DNA from: Gemmata obscuriglobus
GTDB taxonomy: Bacteria > Planctomycetota > Planctomycetia > Gemmatales > Gemmataceae
Direction of reading: 5' to 3'
DNA length: 32,000 nucleotides
NCBI RefSeq assembly: GCF_008065095.1
Contig: NZ_CP042911.1
Span: forward strand, 4,050,001 to 4,082,000
Positions within the stretch are counted from its first letter, which is position 1, and each line of letters opens with the position of its first letter. Made by a program: the position numbers and the translations under genes. Below, piece after piece: positions 16,088-25,000 of this stretch. A model generated the notes under the pieces. That model saw nothing but the letters and a program-made list of their open reading frames with translations. It made no database searches and was not told the DNA's origin.

Positions 16088-17854
16088 ATGCGTTTCCGTT
16101 TTCTCGCGTCCGTCGCCCTCGCGCTGGCCGCGTCCTCTTGGGGCCGGGCGGCGGTGGTCGTGATCGGGAACTACACCGACAGCGAAATCACGTTCCGGTT
16201 GGCGGAACCGGGTGGGAAAGCGAAGCCACACAAGCTGCCCTCGAACCACGTGGTGCCGCTGTTCGTGACCGGCCCGGTCGATCTCAGCTACACCGCAAAC
16301 GGCAAGGAAACGAAGCTGCGGCTCGACACGTACAACGCTTACGTGTTTCTCCCGGATGAAGCCACCGGTTTCAGGTTCGAGGGTCTGGAACTGCCCGGGG
16401 ACCCGCTCGAACGCGACACCCGCATCGATCCGAACCCGGTGCCACGCGACCCGCCCGTCAAGGTTCCGGTGACGCTGCTCGTGGACGACGCTGAACAGCG
16501 TACCGAAAAAGTCTGGCAAGCCGAGCTGCGCAAGCGGTTCGACGAAGCCGCCGGCGTGCTGGAGAAGGGCGCCGGGGTGAAGTTCGTGCTGGACGGCTTC
16601 GACACCTGGAAGTCCGACCCCGATGCCAAAGATACAGCGGAACTGCTTGCAGGACTGGAAAAGGTCGTCCAACCGAAGGGCGGCGGATTGGTTGTCGGGT
16701 ACACGAGTCGGAGGATCGACCCGATGACGGACCCCTCGTTCGGAGCCGGTCGCGGGCTGTCGGGGCGCCACATTCTCGTTCGCGAGTGGACGCCGAAGAG
16801 TGACGATGAGCGCACCGAGGTGCTGATTCACTTTCTGGCCAAGGCGCTCGGGGGTGTCGGGTCGCCGGACCCGGGCTCGGCACTGCGCCCGCAACTCGGC
16901 GACGGGTACGCCTTGCGCCAGGGCGCGGTGCTCCGGCTCGATCCGCTCAACGCGCTCCTGCTGAACTTGTGGGGCGAGGAGCGCCGGCGCGCGGCCGGGG
17001 TTACATTGGAAACGCTCTCGCCCGCGAACCGCGCCCGGTTAATGCGGGTGTATCAGGGACTGCTGAAGGCCGCTCCCGGTGATCCGCTCGTGATTGAGTA
17101 CATCGAGACGCTCGAACGCCCGCGCAAGAACGAAGGCGGCGTCAGCGACCGCCCGCGTCCGGCGGTGGATGCGACCGCCCGCGCTGGGGTCGCGCGGGCC
17201 GTGATCCGGGCGGTTCGCGAGCGGGCGCGGGGGAACACCGGTTCCGATGCACTCAGAGGGGACGCACTCACCGCCGAGTATGTACGGGTTGCGGTCGAAG
17301 CCGCGCTCCGCTCGCCTGGGCCGGAAGTGGTTCCCGGGGTTCTACTCGGGTTGGGAATCGCTCTTGATGACGCTGGCGGGTTGCTCGACGACGCGCTGAC
17401 GTCTGACGCCGCTCGCGGGCTCGAGACCGATGTGGAGCGCAAGGAGCGGGTGACCGCGCTGGGGAACCCGACGCTGGCCGGTCGGCGCGACCTGTGCCGG
17501 CGGTTCTTCCTGGGCGGCGCGGTGAATGCGCTGGCGCCGGAGCGCGCGGAGCGTGTTGCGGTTGGGCGGGCGGTGCTTGAGTTGCACGGCCCGGCGAATC
17601 TGTGCTTGCCGGCGCTCGCGGCCGAGTTCGCGGGCGGCGCCTTCGCGCAAGCGGCGTTCGCTGACGCGGACCTGCTGCACCGCGTCGCGAAATCGTTCAC
17701 CGCGGCCGACTACTTGCCGCCAACGGCCGGTCTGCGCGACGGCCTTTCTGCTGCGAAGTTCGAGGAACTGTACGGGGGCATGTCCGACGGGCGGTTTCTC
17801 ACGGTTCTGGCCGATATTCGTGCCCGGGTCCGCGAGCTTAAGCTGGACAGGTGA
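16088..17854 (+). CDS. Secreted hypothetical protein with degenerate metzincin-like core
   Basis: Signal peptide MRFRFLASVALALAASSWGRA. GGAG lies 5 nt upstream of the ATG at 16088 (alternative ATG at 16061). The central region resembles a reprolysin-type fold, but HExxHxxGxxH is replaced by HFLAKALGGVG (16829-16861). Confidence 0.7.
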   Translation: MRFRFLASVALALAASSWGRAAVVVIGNYTDSEITFRLAEPGGKAKPHKLPSNHVVPLFVTGPVDLSYTANGKETKLRLDTYNAYVFLPDEATGFRFEGLELPGDPLERDTRIDPNPVPRDPPVKVPVTLLVDDAEQRTEKVWQAELRKRFDEAAGVLEKGAGVKFVLDGFDTWKSDPDAKDTAELLAGLEKVVQPKGGGLVVGYTSRRIDPMTDPSFGAGRGLSGRHILVREWTPKSDDERTEVLIHFLAKALGGVGSPDPGSALRPQLGDGYALRQGAVLRLDPLNALLLNLWGEERRRAAGVTLETLSPANRARLMRVYQGLLKAAPGDPLVIEYIETLERPRKNEGGVSDRPRPAVDATARAGVARAVIRAVRERARGNTGSDALRGDALTAEYVRVAVEAALRSPGPEVVPGVLLGLGIALDDAGGLLDDALTSDAARGLETDVERKERVTALGNPTLAGRRDLCRRFFLGGAVNALAPERAERVAVGRAVLELHGPANLCLPALAAEFAGGAFAQAAFADADLLHRVAKSFTAADYLPPTAGLRDGLSAAKFEELYGGMSDGRFLTVLADIRARVRELKLDR

Positions 17855-17966
17855 GTCACCGCGGACGTTGCCACACATGCCCCCGCGGGGGCCGCATCCG
17901 TTGACCCGAGCGCCGCTCCCGGCAACACTACGGCTCAACCCTCCCCGGTCAACGGAGCCCGTTACC

Positions 17967-20939
17967 ATGACCGCGTCGCGCCGAATCGCGTTTCTCGCGC
18001 TGTGCTTTGCTCTTTACGCCGCCGAAAGTGGTTTGCGGGGTCAATCCCCGGCCGCGCCGGACGTGGTTGCGGCTCTCAAAACCCATACCGACACCGTCGA
18101 GGCCGTGGCCGTCAGCCCAGATGGGAAATTCATTGCGACGGCGAGCTTCGACAAAACCGTCAAGCTATGGGACGCAATCACGGGCAAAGAGCTCCGCACC
18201 TACGCGGGCGAGCAGGGGCACAAGGGGCAGGTGCTGTGCGTCGCGTTCAGCGCAAAAGGCGACCTGATCGCGACCGGTGGCGCGGACAACAGTGCCCGCG
18301 TCTGGGAGGTGCCGGTGAGCGTTCCGGTCAAGACGTACCCGCTGAACGCCAACCTTAACAGCGTTGCGGTCGCCACCGACGGAAAGACCGTTGCGCTCGC
18401 CGGGGCTGACGGTTTGGTGAAGGTGCTTCCGCTCGGCGAGGAGAAGGGGGCTGTTGAACTTAAGGGCACGGTCGGTCCGGTGGTCGGCCTCGGTCACCTC
18501 AACGCCGGGAACGTTTGGGCAACGGCCGGCGCGGATAAACAGATTCGGTTCTTCAACGGCGCCGACGGGAAGTTGCTCGCGAGCTACGGTGCCGGCACTG
18601 CGGAGCTAACCGGGTTCGCGGTGCGCCCGGACGGCGGCGCGGCGTTCTCGACGAGTGCCGACGGGCTGCTACGGTTCTGGCAGACGCCGGCGGTACCGGC
18701 CCGGACGTTCCCGGCGCTGAAAGCGGCCGTTACCGCGTTCCACGCGAGCGCCGACGGGACCACACTGCTGTACGCGACCGCGGACAAGATCGTGACGATC
18801 GGGTCGGTCGGAAACAATCAGGCGGCGGGTACGTGTACCGGCGCGAATGCGAACGTCGGGTGCGTTGCTCTTTCGGCCGACAAGACGGCTGTCGCTGCGG
18901 GCTGTGCCGACGGCACCGTGCTGGTGTGGGACCGGCAGGGGAAGCCAAAAGGCGAGGTGCTCGCTCACGCCGGCGGTGCCACCGCGACTGCGTTCCACCC
19001 GTCGCAGTCGGTCCTGTTCACGGCCGGCGCGGACGGGAAGGTGAAAGGTTGGAACCTCCCGCTCGACGCGAAGCTGGTGAAGGACAAGGATGGCAAGGAG
19101 CCGAGCCGCACCAAGTACGATTTCCCCGCACACAGCGGTAAGGTCACGGCCGCGCTACTGAACCCCGCAAACGGTCAACTGATCACGGCGGGAGCGGACA
19201 AACTGGTTCGCGTGTGGGATGTGACGAAACCCGAAAAGCCGGTGCGTGAAATCGGTCCGCTCGCCGCGCCCGCCGTTACGCTGGCGCTGTCACGCGACAG
19301 CCAGATGCTTGCGGTCGGGACCGGCAAGGACGTGCAGCTTCTCACACTCACGGACGGCAAGGAAGCTGGCAAGCTCACGCAAGCGGCGGATGTGCTGAGC
19401 CTCAGTTTCAACTCGGACAAAACGCGGTTGCTCATCGGGCGGGCGGACAACCTCGCGGTGCTGGTGGAGGTCGCCACCGGCCACGTGTACCAGTCGTTCC
19501 CGCACGCCGGAGCCGTACTCGGCGTGGCGGCGCAACCGTCGGCACCGACCGTGATCACCGCGAGTGCCGACAAGAGCGTGATGATATCGCCTGTTGCTTG
19601 CACGCGATTCATCAGCATTGGTAAGGAGAGGCCGAACGGCGTGGTCGTGTCGCCCGGGAGCGAACGGGTTCTGACCGTTGGGCCGGGTCCGGAGGTCATT
19701 GCGTGGAACCCGAACAACGGCACGAAGGAGCGGGCGTTCGGGACCGGAGGTGCCGCGACGGCCGCAGCCGTATCGAAAGACCTTCAGCGCGTTGCGGTCG
19801 GCGCGGCGGACGGTTCCGTCAGGATGTACACGGCAAGCGATGGCAAGCTGATCGGCGGCTTTTCTGCCGGCGCGTCTGTAGGCGCGCTGGCGTTTCAGCC
19901 CACCGCGCAACCGTCCGGCTCCGTGCTCGTGGGACTGGTGAAGGACAAAGAGAACTGCGCCGTGGCGTGGAACGTTGGGTTCACACCGGGCCAACCCCTC
20001 CCCGCTGAGTTCGGGCAGTCAATTCAAACGTTCCCTCATCCGGTTGCGGCTTCCGCGCTGGCCTTCACCTCGGACGGGCAGTTCTTGACGGCTGCGGCGG
20101 AGAAGCAGGCCCGTCGGTTCCGGATCGCGTCGAGCACCCCGGTGAAGACGTTTCAGCACCCGAATCTTGTGGATTGTGTCGCGTTCGATGACACCGGAAA
20201 CGTCCTCGCCACCGGGGGGCACGACGGGGTGCTGCGGACTTTCGACCTGACCAAGAACGCTCAACTGAAGCAGATCAGCGCGCACGTCGTGACGACCCCG
20301 CAACAGGTGCAGAACCCGATTTACGCGGTGCAGTGGTCGCAGGACCACAAGCATCTCTTCACCGCGAGTTACGACAAAACCATCAAGCTGTGGGACGCCG
20401 CGAGTGGGAGCATGGTGCGCGAGTTCAAGGCCGCGCCCGATCCAATGCCGGATTCCAAGAAGGACGAGAAGGGGCCGCCTCCGAAGAAGGACGAGGGGCC
20501 GGTCGGGCACCGCGACCAGGTGTTCGCGGTCGCGCTCTCGAAGGACGGGAAGTGGCTGGCGTCGGCATCGAGTGACAAGAGCGTGAAGCTGTGGGACGTG
20601 GCGACCGCGAAGGTGGTGCGCGACTTCCCCAACCCCGGCCTCAAGCCGGTGTTCGCGGGCGAGGCGGCTCCGTCGCACCCGGGTTGGGTTCACGCGGTGC
20701 GCTTCACCCCAGACGGGAACCAACTGGTGACCGCAGGAGCAGCAACTCGCGGCAAGGCGTACCTGGCGGTGTGGAACGTGCTTGATGGGAAACTGGTGTT
20801 CGGCGCGGAACGCGATCTGGGTCCCATTCACACGATGGCGATGCTGCCCGACGGCACGAGAATCGTGATCGGGTACGCGGGCGCGCCGCGGACCAAGCTC
20901 GCCCCCGGCGCGCTGATCCTCACGTTCCCCGGGAAGTGA
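17967..20939 (+). CDS. Secreted WD40-repeat (multi-beta-propeller) protein
   Basis: 990 aa. Signal peptide MTASRRIAFLALCFALYAAES. Many canonical repeats (HTDTVEAVAVSPDGKFIATASFDKTVKLWD, GHKGQVLCVAFSAKGDLIATGGADNSARVWE, GHRDQVFAVALSKDGKWLASASSDKSVKLWD). Confidence 0.9.
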   Translation: MTASRRIAFLALCFALYAAESGLRGQSPAAPDVVAALKTHTDTVEAVAVSPDGKFIATASFDKTVKLWDAITGKELRTYAGEQGHKGQVLCVAFSAKGDLIATGGADNSARVWEVPVSVPVKTYPLNANLNSVAVATDGKTVALAGADGLVKVLPLGEEKGAVELKGTVGPVVGLGHLNAGNVWATAGADKQIRFFNGADGKLLASYGAGTAELTGFAVRPDGGAAFSTSADGLLRFWQTPAVPARTFPALKAAVTAFHASADGTTLLYATADKIVTIGSVGNNQAAGTCTGANANVGCVALSADKTAVAAGCADGTVLVWDRQGKPKGEVLAHAGGATATAFHPSQSVLFTAGADGKVKGWNLPLDAKLVKDKDGKEPSRTKYDFPAHSGKVTAALLNPANGQLITAGADKLVRVWDVTKPEKPVREIGPLAAPAVTLALSRDSQMLAVGTGKDVQLLTLTDGKEAGKLTQAADVLSLSFNSDKTRLLIGRADNLAVLVEVATGHVYQSFPHAGAVLGVAAQPSAPTVITASADKSVMISPVACTRFISIGKERPNGVVVSPGSERVLTVGPGPEVIAWNPNNGTKERAFGTGGAATAAAVSKDLQRVAVGAADGSVRMYTASDGKLIGGFSAGASVGALAFQPTAQPSGSVLVGLVKDKENCAVAWNVGFTPGQPLPAEFGQSIQTFPHPVAASALAFTSDGQFLTAAAEKQARRFRIASSTPVKTFQHPNLVDCVAFDDTGNVLATGGHDGVLRTFDLTKNAQLKQISAHVVTTPQQVQNPIYAVQWSQDHKHLFTASYDKTIKLWDAASGSMVREFKAAPDPMPDSKKDEKGPPPKKDEGPVGHRDQVFAVALSKDGKWLASASSDKSVKLWDVATAKVVRDFPNPGLKPVFAGEAAPSHPGWVHAVRFTPDGNQLVTAGAATRGKAYLAVWNVLDGKLVFGAERDLGPIHTMAMLPDGTRIVIGYAGAPRTKLAPGALILTFPGK

Positions 20940-21073
20940 CCGGCACGGAGCAGACATCGAGAGGATAAACGGAACGGGCTGGGGATCGATGGACGTGCGG
21001 CCCGATCCATTCTGCTCATCGCGAGCGCACTGGAAGCCGGACGGAGGAACGTGACCGTTACCCGCCGCGCATG

Positions 21074-21101
21074 AAAAAGCCGCCGGTGTGACCCGCGGCT
21101 T
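21074..21101 (-). terminator. Rho-independent terminator candidate (minus strand)
   Basis: The minus strand reads AAGCCGCGGGTCACACCGGCGGCTTTTTCATG. This is a GC stem with one G.G mismatch followed by a T5 run. Confidence 0.5.
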
Positions 21102-21165
21102 CCGTCGCTTCTAATCGAATTCTCGCCTCGAAGCACACGGCCGAGGCTGCTTGTAACGTTTGAGA

Positions 21166-21225
21166 ACGAGCGGCGACCGCCGGGGAGCGGGTGACTTATC
21201 CCGTTCCCCGGCGGTCGCCGCTCGT
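21166..21225. repeat. Perfect 21-bp inverted repeat (long hairpin) in convergent intergenic region
   Basis: ACGAGCGGCGACCGCCGGGGA (21166-21186) and its exact reverse complement (21205-21225), separated by an 18-nt loop. It lies 32 nt beyond the stop of the Gly/Tyr-rich gene. Confidence 0.8.
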
Positions 21226-21256
21226 CAAAACGCGCAGTGTAACCACGGGCGCCTGC

Positions 21257-21634
21257 TTAGCGGCGGCGACCGCCGAATCCGCCGCGCGAGTACCCACGGT
21301 AGTTGCCGAAACCGTTGCCACGGTAGTTGCCGAAGCTGTTGCTACGGTAGTACGAGGAACTGTTAAAGCCGCGGTACCCGTTGCCGAGCCCGCCATAGTA
21401 GCTCGGGTAGTAACTCCCGAAGTTACCGTACCCGCTCTGAACGATCCCGAAGTTTCCGGTGCTGTAACGGTACGGTGAGTACCCCGACGAGTAACCGAAC
21501 GGGGAATAGCCGCTCGAGTACCCGCCGTAGTAGGGCGTGGAGCCGCTGGTGATGACGATCTGGGCTTGGGCCTTGGTCGGGGCGACGAACGCGAGCGCGG
21601 CGGCGGCCACCGCGAGGACAGCGAACTTACGCAT
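21257..21634 (-). CDS. Small secreted Gly/Tyr/Ser-rich low-complexity protein
   Basis: 125 aa. SD GGAGA lies 6 nt upstream of the ATG at 21634. Signal peptide MRKFAVLAVAAAALAFVAPTKAQA. In the 101-aa mature part, 62 residues are G, Y or S, and there are no acidic residues. The tail is RGGFGGRRR. There is a 24-nt tandem DNA repeat at 21296-21343. Confidence 0.7.
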   Translation of the reverse strand: MRKFAVLAVAAAALAFVAPTKAQAQIVITSGSTPYYGGYSSGYSPFGYSSGYSPYRYSTGNFGIVQSGYGNFGSYYPSYYGGLGNGYRGFNSSSYYRSNSFGNYRGNGFGNYRGYSRGGFGGRRR

Positions 21635-21676
21635 GGTGATTCTCCGGGAGCGGGCGATTCGACAATAAGGTGAGTG

Positions 21677-21692
21677 TGCAGTAAACATGCCG
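21677..21692 (-). promoter_or_regulatory. Weak sigma-54 (-24/-12)-like element upstream of the Gly/Tyr-rich gene
   Basis: The minus strand reads CGGCATGTTTACTGCA against consensus TGGCACG-N4-TTGCW, with correct GG/GC spacing. The -12 element is about 45 nt upstream of the ATG. A match of this quality is expected a few times by chance in 32 kb. Confidence 0.25.
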
Positions 21693-22023
21693 AAATGGCG
21701 TTGGAAGAAACAGTTGCGCGACGTGTTAGCGCCTACTGGGAGACGGGTATTACTGGGGGGACCGGCGGCAGACGTTGAGGTGAACGGGCGACGCCTCGAC
21801 GACCTGCGGCCGGTCTCTCCTTGCACGCTCAGAGATGGTTACGTTTCACTTCGATCCGCGCATCGCGACCTTGGCGCTCCAGCACCCGCACCACAGGCCG
21901 GGCTCTGTTCCGGTCCCGGTAGATGCCGGAGGCGCCCCGTGCCCGCGGTGCCGTACCTGCACCTCGAACCGCACGTTGCGGCGGTCGTGGTCGTGATTGA
22001 GCGTGGCGGCTCTCATCTCCGGT

Positions 22024-25000
22024 TCACCGAGGGCCGGGCGCCGAGCCGGCTGCGGCGTCCTTGCCTGTCAAAGGCTCTCGCTCCTGGTCCAGCAGCTCGC
22101 GCACCTTGCCGGCCAGCGAGAACGGGGTGAACGGCTTGTGCAGAAACGCGACGTTCGCCTGGAGGACCCCGTGCCGGACGACGGCGTCGTCGGTGTACCC
22201 GCTCATGTACAGCACTTTGAGCCCCGGGTAGAGCGGCCGCAGCGCCTCCGCGAGCTGGCGCCCGTTCATCCCGGGCATCACCACGTCCGTTACCAGAAGG
22301 TCCAGGTGCGGCCGGTCCCGTTCCACCAGATCGAGCGCAGTCCGGCCGTCGCCTGCCTCAATAACGCGGTACCCGTGCGCCTGTAATGACACGAGGGCCA
22401 CTCTCCGGACGTCCGGCTGGTCCTCGACCAGCAGAACGGTCTCCGTTCCGCCGCGGACGGTGGCGGGGGCGGTGTCCAGCGGTACGGCGTCCGCATCGCT
22501 CACCGCCGGTAGGTACACCTTGAAGGTCGTTCCAACCCCCACCTCGCTGTACACCTCGGCGTGCCCGCCCGACTGCTTGACGATGCCGAACACCGTGGCC
22601 AGACCGAGTCCGGTCCCCTTGCCCGCCTCCTTCGTGGTGAAGAACGGCTCGAACACCCGCGACTTGACCTCGTCCGTCATCCCGCACCCGGTGTCCGACA
22701 CGGCGGTCATCACGTACCGCCCGGGGCGCACCTCGGGCCACCCTTTCGCGTACGCCTCGTCCAGAACCACAGCCCGCGTCTCGATCGTCAGTTGGCCGCC
22801 CGTGGGCATCGCGTCCCGGGCGTTCACAGCGAGGTTCATCAGCACCTGGCCGAACTGGCCGGGGTCGACGCTCACCCGCCCGGCGCGCGGGTCCAGTGCG
22901 GTGGACAGGCGAACGTCCTCTCCGATCAACCGGCCGAGCAGCTTTCCCGTCTCGGCGACCACCTTGTTCAGGTCCAGCACCCGAGGCTTCAGAACCGCAC
23001 GGCGGCTGAACGCGAGCAACTGGCTGGTCAGCGCGGCGGCCCGCTCCCCGGCGTCGCGGATCGCCGCCACCGCCCGCCGGTCCGGGTCGGACTCGTCGCT
23101 CATCCCGGCGAGCAGCACCTCGCTGTACCCGTTGATGACGGTGAGCAGGTTGTTGAAGTCGTGCGCCACCCCGCCGGCGAGGCGCCCGACCGCCTCCATC
23201 TTCAGGGCGTGGTGGAACTGCTCCTCGAGCTTCTTGCGGTCGGTCACGTCGACCAGCACCCCGACGAAGTGGGTGAGCTCTCCCGCGTCGTCCCGGATCG
23301 GCGAGACGGACAGGGCGTTCCAGAACGGGGTCCCGTCCTTCCGGTAGTTCAGCACCTCGACCGCGCAGTCGCGACCGGCACGGACCGCCTCCCGGACCAG
23401 GGCCACCGCGGCCGGGTCGGAGTCTTTGCCCTGCAGGAACCGGCAGTTGCGCCCGAGGGCCTCCCTCGGCGGGTAGCCCGTGACCCCCTCGAACCCGGGG
23501 CTGGCGTAGGTGATCGGGTTGTCCGGCAGTGCCGGCGAGGTGATCAGGATGCCCTGAGTCACGGCCTGGATGGCGCGGTCTCGGAGCCGCAGCGACTCCT
23601 CGGCCAGCCGCCGGTCGGTGATGTCCCGCACGAGCGAGAGCACGAGCCGGCGGCCGTCCACCTCGAACGGGCTCAGCCGCACCTCGACCGGGAACGTTGC
23701 ACCGTCCTTGCGCCGGTGCCGGGCGTCGAGTGACACCTGCCGCCCGGTCGCGAGGTCCTCGGCGACCCGACGTAACAGGTCCGGGGACAGGTCCGGGTCG
23801 ATCGCCTCCGCCCGCATCCCGACCAGCTCCTCGCGGGTGAACCCGAGGCTCTCGCACGCCCGGCGGTTAACGTCCAGAATGGTACCGCCGGCGTCGTGCA
23901 GGAAGAACGCGTCGGCCGCCTGTTCGACGAAGTTGCGGAACCGCGCTTCGCTCGCCCGGAGCTGCTCCTCGGCCCGCTTCCGCTCGGTGATGTCGCGGAC
24001 GATCCCGGTGAACCGCCGGCCGGACGCCACGCGGATCTCGCTGACCGTCAGGTCGAGCGGGAACTCGGTTCCGTTCTTTCGCCGGCCCCGCACCTCACGC
24101 CCGACGCCGATGACCTTGGCGGTGCCGGTCCGCAGGTAGTCCGCCAAGTACCCGTCGTGCTCACCCCGGTACGGGTCGGGCATGAGCAGGGAGACGTTCC
24201 TGCCGACCACCTCGTCGGGCGCGTACCCGAAGACCCGGGCGACGGCCGGGTTGACGGTCTCGACGGTGCCCCGCTCGTCGATGGTGATGATCCCGTCGAC
24301 GGCCTGTTCGACGACCCCGCGGAACCGCTCCAGGGCGTCCCGGACGTCCGCTTCCACCCGCTGCTGGTCGGTGACATCGCGGTCGGACTGGAGAATTTCG
24401 AGCGCCCCCGTGGCCCGGGCGACGACCATTCGGCTGTCCACGACGACCCAGTTGCCGCCCTTGGTCCGGTGCCGCAACTCCCCCTCCCACCGCCCGCCGC
24501 ACCGCAGGGTGGCCTCGAGAGCGGTCCGGCTGTCGGGCAGGACGGTCTGAAGGAGTTCGTGCGCGGACCGCCCGACGGCCTCCGCCGCGGTGTACCCGTA
24601 GAGGCGCTCGGCGCCGGCGTTCCAGTACGTAATGTTGCCGCCCAGCTCCCATGTCAGGATCGGGTCGAAGGCGTGGTCGAGGAGCCGGGCCTGCTGCTTA
24701 CGCAGGGCTTCTTGCGTCTGGCGGTGCGCGGCGGACTCGGTGGCGACGGCGGCCGCGCTCGCCTCGGCGAGGCCCTGGGCCGTCCGCCGGGCGTCGGCCA
24801 GGTACACGCCGGCCCCGCCGACGGCCAGGTAGACGAGCAACCCGACCTGGTTCTCCGGGGCGGCAACACAGAAGGACATGCGAGGGACGGCAAACAGGAA
24901 GTTGGCGAGCATCATCCCCAACACAAGGGCCACGGCGCCGGACTTCCACCCGGCGCGGTTGGCGAGGTAGAGCGCGGGAAAGATGAACAGGATGTACGGG

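Noticed and set aside
21846-22016. 56-codon minus-strand ORF (MRAATLNHDHDRRNVRFEVQVRH...) starting 8 nt after the kinase stop, with high third-position GC.
   Set aside because: GGAG abuts the ATG with no spacer. The second half of the peptide is low-quality (GAPPASTGTGTEPGLWCGCW), and I recognise no motif. It may be a gene remnant, but there is not enough support to annotate it.
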